Source of the DNA: Nostoc sp.
Lineage (GTDB): Bacteria > Cyanobacteriota > Cyanobacteriia > Cyanobacteriales > Nostocaceae
DNA length: 64,000 bases
Reading direction: 5' to 3'
Assembly: GCA_036918135.1 (NCBI GenBank)
Contig: JBALDB010000055.1
Coordinates: 44,401 to 108,400 of the forward strand
The translations under genes were made by a program, and so were the position numbers. Below the pieces are notes generated by a model. The model did not search any database. It saw nothing but the letters and a program-made list of their open reading frames with translations, and was not told the origin of the DNA. Position 1 is the stretch's first letter. The number at the start of each line of letters is the position of its first letter. Below are positions 41,798 to 52,275 of the stretch, piece by piece.

Positions 41798-41842
41798 AAA
41801 AATTCCCTCTAGTCAGCAAAAAAATTCCGTCTAGTCAGCAAA
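41798..41842 (+). promoter_or_regulatory. 22-bp-period direct repeat, putative AraC operator (second copy 44644-44688)
   Basis: aaaaattccctctagtcagcaa / aaaaattccgtctagtcagcaa. Confidence 0.6.
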
Positions 41843-41927
41843 ATAATCACCCATTGCTCTCGCTTCCTGGTAATCTTTTTGAAATAATTTCCTGATTATT
41901 GGTTTGATTACACTGGTGTGGAGAGTC

Positions 41928-44561
41928 ATGGGTTATTCATTCAAATTGACATTGATTGCAAGTATCGTCTGGGTCATGATTGCTCCAACAGTTCGGGCAC
42001 AGGAGAGATCCCCCCTTAACAATTCAACTGAGCAAACCCAGAGCAAGATTCGACAACTAAGTGAGATAGAGCTTCCAAATACTAGCGCTCAATATTTAGT
42101 GCAGTCGCCAACACCAAGCAATCAAGAGAACCTTGGGGGAGAAGTTATACCAATAACGTCCGTGAAAGCTAATCCGACTGCTAAAGGTGTAGAGGTGATT
42201 TTAGAGACACCTGTTGGGACTCAACTGCAAGTCACAAATCGCAGTGCTGGCAGCAATTTTATTGTGGATGTATCTGGAGGTCAGTTACGTTTACCTTCGG
42301 GAGAGGCGTTCACATTCCGTTCTCAAAAACCAGTTGAGGGAATTACTCAAATAACAGCACAGAATATTGATGCAAATACTGTGCGGGTGACGGTGGTAGG
42401 GGAGAAAGCTTTGCCCACAGTTGAGTTATATGATGATGATGCAGGTCTGGTTTTTGCAGTGGCTTCTACAGCAACGGCAACTTCTCCACAACAGCCATCC
42501 CAAACACCTCAAGCACAACAGCCAGGAAACCAAACACCTCAAGAGTCACCATCAGCACAAGGTGATGAGCCTATTGAGTTGGTAGTGACAGGGGAGCAAG
42601 ATGGATACAATGCATCCGATGCCTCAACTGCAACCAAAACCGATACTCCCCTACGTGACGTTCCCCAGTCGATTCAAGTCATCCCCCGCGAAGTGATTCA
42701 AGATCAAGGTGCGGTTCGTCTAACCGAAGCAGTTCGTAATGTCAGTGGTGTGTCACTCTCAGGCACTAGTGGCGATCGCGGAGAAGATTACACAATTCGG
42801 GGATTCGCTGCTAACATTTACAAAAATGGTTTCCTTGATGATTTCTACTCCGATCGCGCCTTTCGAGACAACGCCAATATCGAGCGAATAGAAGTTCTCA
42901 AAGGACCAGCGTCGGTGTTGTTTGGACGCTTGGAACCTTCGGGTATCATCAACTTAGTGACCAAGAAACCATTAGCCGAACCCTACTACAATGTAGGTTT
43001 TACCGCAGGTAGCTATAGTTTTTATCGCCCCACACTAGATTTTTCTGGTCCATTAACCGAGGACGGAAAGTTGGGTTATCGTCTCAATGTTGCCTACGAA
43101 AATTCTGGAAGTTTCCGCGACTTTGTAAACAAAGAAAGATTTTTTATTGCTCCTGTACTCAGTTTGAAAATTGGTGACAAGACAAACCTGACTTTGGAAG
43201 GTGAATATCTCCACACAGAAAATCCTCTAGATCGTGGGCTACCCGTAATTGACAATGAAATTGCAGATATTCCGATTAGCCGCTATCTCAGCGATCCGAG
43301 AAATCAAGTCGTTGTAGATGAATCAAAAACCTACCTGACTTTAAATCATGACTTTAATCAGAATTTATCGCTACGTAGTGCTTTTCGGGTAACGACTGCA
43401 TCAGAAACAAATAATCGTTTTGTCATTCAGCCAATTTTTGCAACCAGTAATAACGGAACTATTAATCTTTTCAATAGTGGTCCCGCTAATCAGTATTATG
43501 AAACTTATTTTCTACAGAATGACTTAACTGGTAAATTCAATACTGGCTCAGTCAAGCATACAGTTTTGTTCGGTGTGGAAGTTGGTAGATTGTATAACCA
43601 TAATCAGGGCGAGAAAGGACCCGATCAGCCGATTAATATTTTTAATCCTGTCTACAACTTTTCTTATGATGGTCCGTATGAAACGTTTAACAATACAACA
43701 ACCAATACCAACACTTTCGGAATTTACCTTCAAGATCAGATTGCCGTTTTTGATAATCTCAAACTCCTTGTTGGCGGCAGGTTTGATACTTATCACAGTG
43801 AAACACAAGATTTCCTCAATGCCTCAACGACAGTCACAGATAGCGATGCGTTTTCACCTCGCGTAGGAGTCGTTTACCAACCGACAAAAGAAATTTCACT
43901 GTTTGCCAACTATAGTCGCTCGTTTAATCCTGTCAGTGGTACGGCTAAGAACGGTGATGCTTTTGTGCCTGAAAGGGGAACTGGCTACGAAGTCGGCATC
44001 AAAGGAGACTTTTTAAATAATCGTCTTTCCTCTACTTTAGCTTTCTACACAGTTACCAAGACCAATGTCACAACTGAAGATCCCAGCGATCCTACCGGAA
44101 CCTTTTCAATTCAAACCGGCGAACAACGCGCTCGTGGAATTGAGTTCGATATTGCTGGAGAAATCTTACCTGGTTGGAAAGTCATTGGTTCATACGCTTA
44201 TTCCGATCCAGAAATTACTGAAGACAATACATATCCAGTCGGAAATACTCTCGCTAATACACCGCGACATACTGGTTCATTGTGGACAACTTATACTTTT
44301 CAAACAGGTTCGTTAGAAGGATTTGGTTTTGGTGGAGGCATTTTTGCAAACAGCGAAGCTTATGGAGATTTGGATAATTCTTACACCATACCTGGTTTTG
44401 TAAGAACTGATGCGGCACTTTTCTACAAAAAGAACCGCTTGAGAGCATCTATTAACTTCAAGAATTTATTTGATGTCAGATATTTCGAGGGCACATTTTT
44501 GAGGGCAGCCAATCCGGCTGCACCGTTTACAGTTCAAGGAACAATTTCTTGGGAGTTCTAA
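41928..44561 (+). CDS. AMIN-domain TonB-dependent receptor
   Basis: Full architecture; likely start MGYSFK. Confidence 0.92.
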   Translation: MGYSFKLTLIASIVWVMIAPTVRAQERSPLNNSTEQTQSKIRQLSEIELPNTSAQYLVQSPTPSNQENLGGEVIPITSVKANPTAKGVEVILETPVGTQLQVTNRSAGSNFIVDVSGGQLRLPSGEAFTFRSQKPVEGITQITAQNIDANTVRVTVVGEKALPTVELYDDDAGLVFAVASTATATSPQQPSQTPQAQQPGNQTPQESPSAQGDEPIELVVTGEQDGYNASDASTATKTDTPLRDVPQSIQVIPREVIQDQGAVRLTEAVRNVSGVSLSGTSGDRGEDYTIRGFAANIYKNGFLDDFYSDRAFRDNANIERIEVLKGPASVLFGRLEPSGIINLVTKKPLAEPYYNVGFTAGSYSFYRPTLDFSGPLTEDGKLGYRLNVAYENSGSFRDFVNKERFFIAPVLSLKIGDKTNLTLEGEYLHTENPLDRGLPVIDNEIADIPISRYLSDPRNQVVVDESKTYLTLNHDFNQNLSLRSAFRVTTASETNNRFVIQPIFATSNNGTINLFNSGPANQYYETYFLQNDLTGKFNTGSVKHTVLFGVEVGRLYNHNQGEKGPDQPINIFNPVYNFSYDGPYETFNNTTTNTNTFGIYLQDQIAVFDNLKLLVGGRFDTYHSETQDFLNASTTVTDSDAFSPRVGVVYQPTKEISLFANYSRSFNPVSGTAKNGDAFVPERGTGYEVGIKGDFLNNRLSSTLAFYTVTKTNVTTEDPSDPTGTFSIQTGEQRARGIEFDIAGEILPGWKVIGSYAYSDPEITEDNTYPVGNTLANTPRHTGSLWTTYTFQTGSLEGFGFGGGIFANSEAYGDLDNSYTIPGFVRTDAALFYKKNRLRASINFKNLFDVRYFEGTFLRAANPAAPFTVQGTISWEF

Positions 44562-44584
44562 CGTCATTACACGACTGTTTTCCC

Positions 44585-45248
44585 TCTGGCAAGAGCATAC
44601 CGCAAAAAGTTTGGTTGCTACCGACGGCAGTTTAAGTAAGATAAAAAATTCCCTCTAGTCAGCAAAAAAATTCCGTCTAGTCAGCAAAATAATCACCCAT
44701 TGCTCTCGCTTCCTGGTAATCTTTTTGAAATAATTTCCTGATTATTGGTTTGATTACACTGGTGTGGAGAGTCATGGGTTATTCATTCAAATTGACATTG
44801 ATTGCAAGTATCGTCTGGGTCATGATTGCTCCAACAGTTCGGGCACAGGAGAGATCCCCCCTTAACAATTCAACTGAGCAAACCCAGAGCAAGATTCGAC
44901 AACTAAGTGAGATAGAGCTTCCAAATACTAGCGCTCAATATTTAGTGCAGTCGCCAACACCAAGCAATCAAGAGAACCTTGGGGGAGAAGTTATACCAAT
45001 AACGTCCGTGAAAGCTAATCCGACTGCTAAAGGTGTAGAGGTGATTTTAGAGACACCTGTTGGGACTCAACTGCAAGTCACAAATCGCAGTGCTGGCAGC
45101 AATTTTATTGTGGATGTATCTGGAGGTCAGTTACGTTTACCTTCGGGAGAGGCGTTCACATTCCGTTCTCAAAAACCAGTTGAGGGAATTACTCAAATAA
45201 CAGCACAGAATATTGATGCAAATACTGTGCGGGTGACGGTGGTAGGGG
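44585..45248 (+). repeat. Near-identical duplicate of 41727-42402 (AraC tail, promoter, signal peptide, AMIN)
   Basis: Direct sequence match at offset 2846 from the promoter onward. Confidence 0.85.
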
Positions 45249-47386
45249 AAAAGGCTTTGCCCACGGTTGAATTATATGATGATGATGCAGGTCTAGTTTT
45301 TGCGGTAGCAAGTACAGCAACGGCGACTTCTCCACAACAGCCAACGCAAGCTAATCAGCCCGAAAATCAGACACAGCCAACTCAACCGTCAACTAGTGGT
45401 GATGAGCCGATTGAGTTAGTGGTCACAGGGGAGCAAGATGGATACAATGCATCCGATGCATCAACTGCAACCAAAACCGATACACCTTTGCGCGACATTC
45501 CCCAGTCAATTCAAGTTATCCCCCGCGAAGTGATTCAAGATCAAAATGCGGTTCGTTTGACTGACATCGTCCGTAATGTGAGCGGTGTGGCACTCTCCCA
45601 AACTTCTGGCGATCGCGCAGAAAATTATACAATTCGGGGATTCGATGCCAACATTTACAAAAATGGTTTTCTTGATGGTTTTGAGGCCTCTCGCGGCTTT
45701 CGAGACAGCGCCAATATTGAGCGAGTTGAAGTCCTTAAAGGACCAGCATCGGTGTTGTTTGGACGCTTGGAACCTTCGGGGATCATCAATCTTGTCACCA
45801 AAAAGCCATTAGCCGAACCTTATTACAATCTAAGTTTTACCACAGGTAGCTATAGTTTTTATCGCCCCGCCCTAGATTTTTCCAGTCCATTAACCCAAGA
45901 CGGAAAGTTGGGTTATCGTCTCAACATTGCTTACGAAAATTCTGGAAGTTTCCGCGACTTTGTCTACAAAAAAAGATTTTTGGTCGCTCCTGTACTGAGC
46001 TGGAAAATTGGTGACAAGACAAACCTGACGTTGGAAGGTGAATATTTCCACTCCGAAAATCCTTATGATGATGGGCTATATCTACTTGGCGGTACGATTA
46101 TTCCAGATGTTCCGATTAGCCGCAATCTCAACGACCCTAGAAGTCGATTTGTTATAGATCAATCACAAACTTACCTGACTCTCAATCATGAGTTTAATCA
46201 AAATTTATCGCTGCGTACTGCTTTTCGGGTGACGACTGCATTAGAAACAGATAATCGTTTTTCCCTCAGAGGATTTGCTGCCAGTAACGATGGAACCGTC
46301 GATCTTTTTAGTTTTGCTTACGATCAGTACCATGAAACTTACTTTCTACAGAATGACTTAACTGCAAAATTCAATACTGGCTTTGTCAAGCATACACTTT
46401 TGTTTGGTGTAGAGCTTGGTAAATTGTATGACAGAGAAGTGTACGATGGAGCCGATGTTAGTGACTCGAACATTTTTAACCCTGTCTACAACTTTTCTTA
46501 TGGTTCATCTGAACGGGGTTATGATACTACACAAAATAGTGATTCTTTCGGTGTTTACCTCCAAGATCAGATTGCCGTATTTGATAATCTCAAACTACTG
46601 GTGGGTGGCAGGTATGACACTTATCATTCCGAATTGCAAAATTTCCTCGATGCCTCAACCACAGTCACAGATAGCGATGCGTTTTCACCGCGTGTGGGAG
46701 TCGTTTACCAACCGACAAAAGAAATTTCACTGTTTGCTAACTATAGTCGCTCATTTGTTCCTGTGAGTGGTTCTAGTAAAAACGGTGATGCTTTTGTACC
46801 TACAAGGGGAACTGGCTACGAAGTCGGCATCAAAGGAGACTTTTTAAACGATCGTCTCTCTTCTACTTTAGCCTTCTACACAGTTACTAAAACTAATGTC
46901 TTAACTGAAGATCCCAGCGATCGCAATTTTTCCATTCAGGTAGGCGAACAACGCGCTCGTGGAATTGAGTTGGATGTGGCTGGAGAAATCTTACCTGGTT
47001 GGAAAGTGATTGGTTCATACGCTTACACGGATGCAGAGGTCACTCAAGACAATACATATCCAGTCGGAAATGCTCTACGTGGTATACCCCGACATAGTGG
47101 CTCATTGTGGACAACTTATACCTTTCAAACAGGCTCGTTACAAGGGTTTGGTTTTGGTGGAGGCATCTTTGCGGCTACCGAAGCTTATGGAGAAATTGAT
47201 AACTTCTACACCGTACCTGGTTATATACGGACTGATGCGGTACTTTTCTACAAAAAGGATCGCTTGAGAGCATCTGTTAACTTCAAGAACTTATTTGATG
47301 TCAGATCTTTCGATGGCTCAACTGGAGGTGTAGTCGATCCAGCCGATCCTTTTACAGTTCAAGGAACGATTTCTTGGGATTTCTAA
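44774..47386 (+). CDS. AMIN-domain TonB-dependent receptor
   Basis: Full architecture, terminal WDF. Confidence 0.92.
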   Translation: MGYSFKLTLIASIVWVMIAPTVRAQERSPLNNSTEQTQSKIRQLSEIELPNTSAQYLVQSPTPSNQENLGGEVIPITSVKANPTAKGVEVILETPVGTQLQVTNRSAGSNFIVDVSGGQLRLPSGEAFTFRSQKPVEGITQITAQNIDANTVRVTVVGEKALPTVELYDDDAGLVFAVASTATATSPQQPTQANQPENQTQPTQPSTSGDEPIELVVTGEQDGYNASDASTATKTDTPLRDIPQSIQVIPREVIQDQNAVRLTDIVRNVSGVALSQTSGDRAENYTIRGFDANIYKNGFLDGFEASRGFRDSANIERVEVLKGPASVLFGRLEPSGIINLVTKKPLAEPYYNLSFTTGSYSFYRPALDFSSPLTQDGKLGYRLNIAYENSGSFRDFVYKKRFLVAPVLSWKIGDKTNLTLEGEYFHSENPYDDGLYLLGGTIIPDVPISRNLNDPRSRFVIDQSQTYLTLNHEFNQNLSLRTAFRVTTALETDNRFSLRGFAASNDGTVDLFSFAYDQYHETYFLQNDLTAKFNTGFVKHTLLFGVELGKLYDREVYDGADVSDSNIFNPVYNFSYGSSERGYDTTQNSDSFGVYLQDQIAVFDNLKLLVGGRYDTYHSELQNFLDASTTVTDSDAFSPRVGVVYQPTKEISLFANYSRSFVPVSGSSKNGDAFVPTRGTGYEVGIKGDFLNDRLSSTLAFYTVTKTNVLTEDPSDRNFSIQVGEQRARGIELDVAGEILPGWKVIGSYAYTDAEVTQDNTYPVGNALRGIPRHSGSLWTTYTFQTGSLQGFGFGGGIFAATEAYGEIDNFYTVPGYIRTDAVLFYKKDRLRASVNFKNLFDVRSFDGSTGGVVDPADPFTVQGTISWDF

Positions 47387-47535
47387 AATCATCTCAGTAG
47401 CCGTTATGACGAATTCATCACCAGAACTAATGAAAAAACTATTATCCTTTTTTCTTGACTGAGAAATATTTCTCGTTAGGATAAGGCAGTTTTGATTGGG
47501 AAAATTTCAATCTCATCTATGCAGGAGTACCTACT

Positions 47536-48567
47536 ATGAAATCTAAAAAACTCCGTAACTTTGCATTCACCCTACACCGCTACATCAGTTTAGCTGTGGG
47601 ATTGATTCTGGTGATAGTCGGCTTGACAGGTAGTGTGTTGGTGTTTGCCAATGAAATTGAGCATATTCTGTTTGTCCAACAATTCGGCACTGTTGTTCCT
47701 CAAGGGCAGATGTTATCTCCAACATCTGTGGTGGATACCCTCAAAGCAGCGTTGGACTGGGAACCAAATGCTAAATATGCGCGTTTATACATACCCATAG
47801 CACCAGACGCACCTTACGTGCTTGACGTTTTACATTCACCTGAGAATCTAGTGACGGAAATTTCACTTGCTCAAATCAGTAGCGTTTTTGTCAACCCCTA
47901 CACAGGCACTATTATCAGTAAGCAGGGATGGAACGAGCAACTGATTGCTTCAGTTGTTGATTTACATTGCAATCTACTAGCTGGAGACACTGGTAAAACT
48001 ATAGTTGGTATCGGATGTTTTCTACTTTTAGTTCTCAATATTACAGGCTTGTTTCTGTGGCCTGGTTGGCGCAAGTTGATATCTGGCTTCAAAATTAAGT
48101 GGAATGCCCATCCGAAGCGGCTCTATTATGACATTCATAAACTAGCAGGTATCATTACTGTAGTGTTTCTTTGCTTTACTGCCTTTACAGGCGTGTGCTG
48201 GAGTTTCTATGAGTTTAGTGAGCCTGTGATTCGAGTAATCACGTTGAGTCCAGCGAAACTTGAACCAGTTTCTCAAATCATTCCTAATCAGCTTCCACTC
48301 AAGCTTGCCAATCAACTGAAAACCTCTCAAGCTGAGTTACCCGATGGAAAACTTAGAGCGATTAATTTTCCGCAAAAACCAGATAGTCCTTTGATAATTC
48401 GTTACAGTATGCCTCAAGAATATACATATAATACTGGACAGAGCAAAGTTTATCTTGACCAATACAGTGGTAGGGTTTTGCGAGTAGATAACTCCCAGAA
48501 AGAGTCTTTAGGCTCGCGTGTCCTCAATTCTTTTCCTTCCCTACACTATGGTACATTTGGTGGCTAA
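47536..48567 (+). pseudogene. PepSY-TM protein truncated before the last TM helix
   Basis: Paralog of 39230; ends at LHYGTFGG* where the paralog continues about 50 aa. Confidence 0.7.
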
Positions 48568-48678
48568 ATGTGATGAGAGTTTACCTCTTCGCTTTCCGTT
48601 CTTACGAATTTCCGTAGCTCCGCAGTATGGACATTGCACAGTAGATGACCTCAATTCATCCCTCTATTATGCAACGCC

Positions 48679-48940
48679 AGAAATCTTGCCGGGATGGAAA
48701 ATTATTGGCAGCTATACCTACATTGATTCTGAAATCACCGAAGATACCAATCCTGATTTTAAGGGAAATATACCCAATAACGTGCCCCGCAACAGTGCTT
48801 CTTTATGGACAACCTATGAATTTCAAACCGGAGGCTGGAAAGGGTTTGGATTTGGTGGCGGTGTAACTTTTGTCGGCGACAGACAGGGTGATTTAGAAAA
48901 TACATTCATCTTACCCAGTTATACCCGCCTGGATGCCGCC
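48679..48940 (+). pseudogene. TonB receptor near-3' fragment, paralog of 35547-38258
   Basis: EILPGWKII...EDTNPDFKGN...QTGGWKG...RLDAA, cut at palindrome 48942. Confidence 0.8.
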
Positions 48941-49249
48941 CAGATCCCCGACTTCTTCAAGAAGTCAGGGATTTATAGCCGTAGTCATATAGGTTAGGAC
49001 ATTCTAAAACCGTGAATGTCAGAAAGAGTAATGTTTTTACCTCCTGCCCCCTGCCTCCTGCTATAAATTTAACGCACTGGCTTCCAGCATCAAATTTATA
49101 TCTCTAGTCGGTAAGTTGCACAGGCATCACCGCACCACCCTAAGTACAGCCCATCATAAAAAGAGTACGTAAATCTTACTGCCAGGCACAATTTGTGTAA
49201 GTTTTTGACCTAGCGATTGCAAGTGAGGATAGAGGTGTATGGGTGGCAA

Positions 49250-51885
49250 ATGGTGTTAAGGCGAATACTAAAGATTCTGCTGCTTACAAGTTCTATTTAG
49301 TTGTGCGTTGCAATTAGTGCAACTGCTAATGAAGTCAACAAATAAGCACAGGGCAAATCTGTTGCGTCAGTACTACTCAATTCCAGGACGATTAGAGAGA
49401 TTTCACCACTAGGGGAAGTAGAACTTCACAACATCAGCGCTAAAGTACTACTATGCAGTTGCCAACTTCTGAAGTAGTACAAGTGACTGGAGTGAAGGCA
49501 AATCCCACTGACAAAGGTGTAGAAGTGATTTTAGAGACACCTGTTGGCACTCAACTGCAAGTCACAAATCGCAGTACGGGTAATAATTTTATTGTAGATG
49601 TCTCAGGTGGACAGTTACGTTTACCATCAGGTGAAGCTTTTACATTTCGTTCGGAAAAACCACTTGAGGGAATTACTGAAATAAAAGTTACAAATATCAA
49701 TGCAAATACTGTGCGAGTGATGGTGGTAGGTGAGAAAGCTTTACCAACGGTTGAGTTATTTGATGATGATGCAGGACTGGTTTTTGCGGTAGCTTCTACT
49801 GCAACTGCAACCCAGCCACCTCAAACTCAAGAAAAGCCAGCACTCCCGGCACCGCAGGAGACACCATCGACACAAGGCGATCAGCCGATTGAGTTAGTCG
49901 TGACAGGGGAGCAGGATGGCTATCGCGTACCGAATATCAGTGTAGGAACGCGAACCGATACCCCCCTACGGGATATTCCTCAATCCATTCAAGTTGTCCC
50001 CCAAGAAGTGTTGCGCGATCAAAATGTCACTAACATAAATGAAGCCCTGAGAAACGTAAGTGGAGTAACTGTAAATAGTCCTCCAGAAACCCTCTTAGAA
50101 TTTGGATTTACGATTCGAGGCTTTGAAACCACAGGTCGCAGTGGCGGCAGTTTTCTGAGAAATGGACTTAGAGAGGGTGGAGATATACTCCAGGAAATCC
50201 CCAACATCGAAAGAATCGAAGTGCTTAAAGGTCCCGCTTCCGTGCTTTACGGTAATGGCAGTCCGGGTGGAACCATCAACCTGGTGACGAAACAACCGCT
50301 GCGCGACCCCTTCTATGCCATTGATGCTACCATTGGCAATTATGACTTCTATCAGGGTGCGATTGATTTGTCTGGACCGTTAAACGACTCTAAGACAGTG
50401 TTGTATCGACTGAATGCAGCCTACCAAGATAGAAAAAGCTTCATTGATTTTTTTGAAAAAAGTAACTTCTCGATTGCACCGGTCGTGAGTTTTGCGCTTG
50501 GAGAGCGAACTCGTTTAATCCTGGAAAGTGAATACGTAAACGCAAGCAGTGTTGTCTACCCAGGTTTGCCAGCGGTTGGTACGGTACTCCCCAACCCCAA
50601 TGGTCGTATTCCGCGCAATCGTTTCACTGGAGAGCCTGACGGTGTTCTTGATACCTCTATTGTCAGAGTGGGCTATCGGTTGGAGCATCAGTTTAGCGAC
50701 AACTGGTCATTACAAAATGCATTTCGGGCGAGAATTCAAAGAGCTAGACCTGGAAACGAGTTTTATCTTGTTACTGATAGTCTTGACTTTGATAATCGAA
50801 CCTTCAACCGTAATGCGATTATCAATACTGTCGATTACGACGACTACGACTTAGCCATAAACTTAACTGGCAAATTTTCAACTGGGTCAATCGATCATCA
50901 GCTAGTCTTTGGCGTTGATTTGAGCAGATCGTTTTTAGGATATGAGCAGTTTCGTGCACCTGCACCAATAGACCTGTTCAACCCTGTGTATCGGCGACCT
51001 ATTGCTGAACCTTTCACTTTCGCTTTTGATGGCGATCAATTAACTGATGCTCTAGGGATTTATATTCAAGATCGGGTGACGCTGGCTCCTAATCTCAAGT
51101 TGTTGCTGGGCGGACGGTTCGATCTGTTTGAGCAAAGCAATCGCTTTCTGAGTGACACCACCAGTCAATCAGGGGATGGCTTCAGTCCGCGTGTCGGTAT
51201 TGTTTATCAGCCCATTGAACCCATTTCACTCTATGCCAGCTACAGTCGTTCATTTTTTCCAAACAGTGGCACTGCCTTTGATGGTAGCGTTTTTCAACCA
51301 GAGCGGGGCACCCAGTATGAAGTTGGGGTCAAAGCAGATTTGAATGACCGACTTTCGGCAACCCTAGCCTTTTACCACCTGACCCGCTCTAATATTTTGA
51401 CCGAGGATCCAGTTAATTTTGGCTTCTCTATCCAAACGGGCGAGCAGCGCAGCCGAGGGATTGAATTCAGCATTGGTGGCGAAATTCAGCCAGGGTGGAA
51501 CATCATTGCAGGCTACGCTTACACGGATGCCCAAATCACCGAAGACAACACCCTACCTGTGGGCAATCTTTTGGCTAATGTCCCTGAAAATGCCTTCAAT
51601 CTGTGGACAAGCTATGAAATTCAGCGCGGTTCCTTACAAGGCTTTGGTCTGGGTGTGGGCTTCTTCTTTGTCGGAGAGCGGCAAGGTGATTTAGACAACA
51701 GCTTTCAACTCCCCAGCTATCTACGGACAGATGCTTCAATTTTTTACAAGCGCGATCGGCTCCGCGCCGCCATTAATGTTAGAAATCTATTCAATGTAGA
51801 TTATTTTGAAGCTGGTGGATTCGGGCGACAAGTTTTTCCTGGTGCGCCGTTTACGGTGCAGGGAACGATTTCGTGGCAGTTTTAG
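49250..51885 (+). pseudogene. AMIN-domain TonB receptor with disrupted signal peptide region
   Basis: MVLRRILKILLLTSSI*LCVAISATANEVNK*; frameshift near 49450; the rest (49453-51885) is open. Confidence 0.75.
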
Positions 51886-52275
51886 GGAAGGGGAATAGAC
51901 TGCGAAGGGGACTGGATGAGGAAGCGAGCAATCCGAAAAAATTACCAAACCGTTTGCACATGAGGATAATTCAAAATGTTAGCGTCATAGGTAACTAAGG
52001 AAGTCCCGTAGCGTTTGGCGTTCACGTAGTGTGTGCAAAGCACAATCGCAACGCCAAATTGTGTCTACTTTTCTTTGTGAAATGTCCTTGGTAGCTGTAT
52101 AGTTGCAATCGCGATTATGAATGTATTCAGAGTTTTTGTAGGGATGCTACACAGACTTCTTCGTGAGTGCGATCGCTTCATCGAACAAAACAAAAAACAC
52201 GACACCCAGGGAAACTTTGCTTGGAAAATCAATTGAAGTTTCAAGAATAATTTAGAGTTAAAATTGAGTTATTTC

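Noticed and set aside
49165..49180. NtcA site upstream of the last receptor
   Set aside because: Spacing is GTA-N9-TAC rather than N8
20766..51694. Numerous short antisense or alternate-frame ORFs, some recurring in paralogs
   Set aside because: Shadows of the receptor and AraC genes; recurrence follows from paralogy
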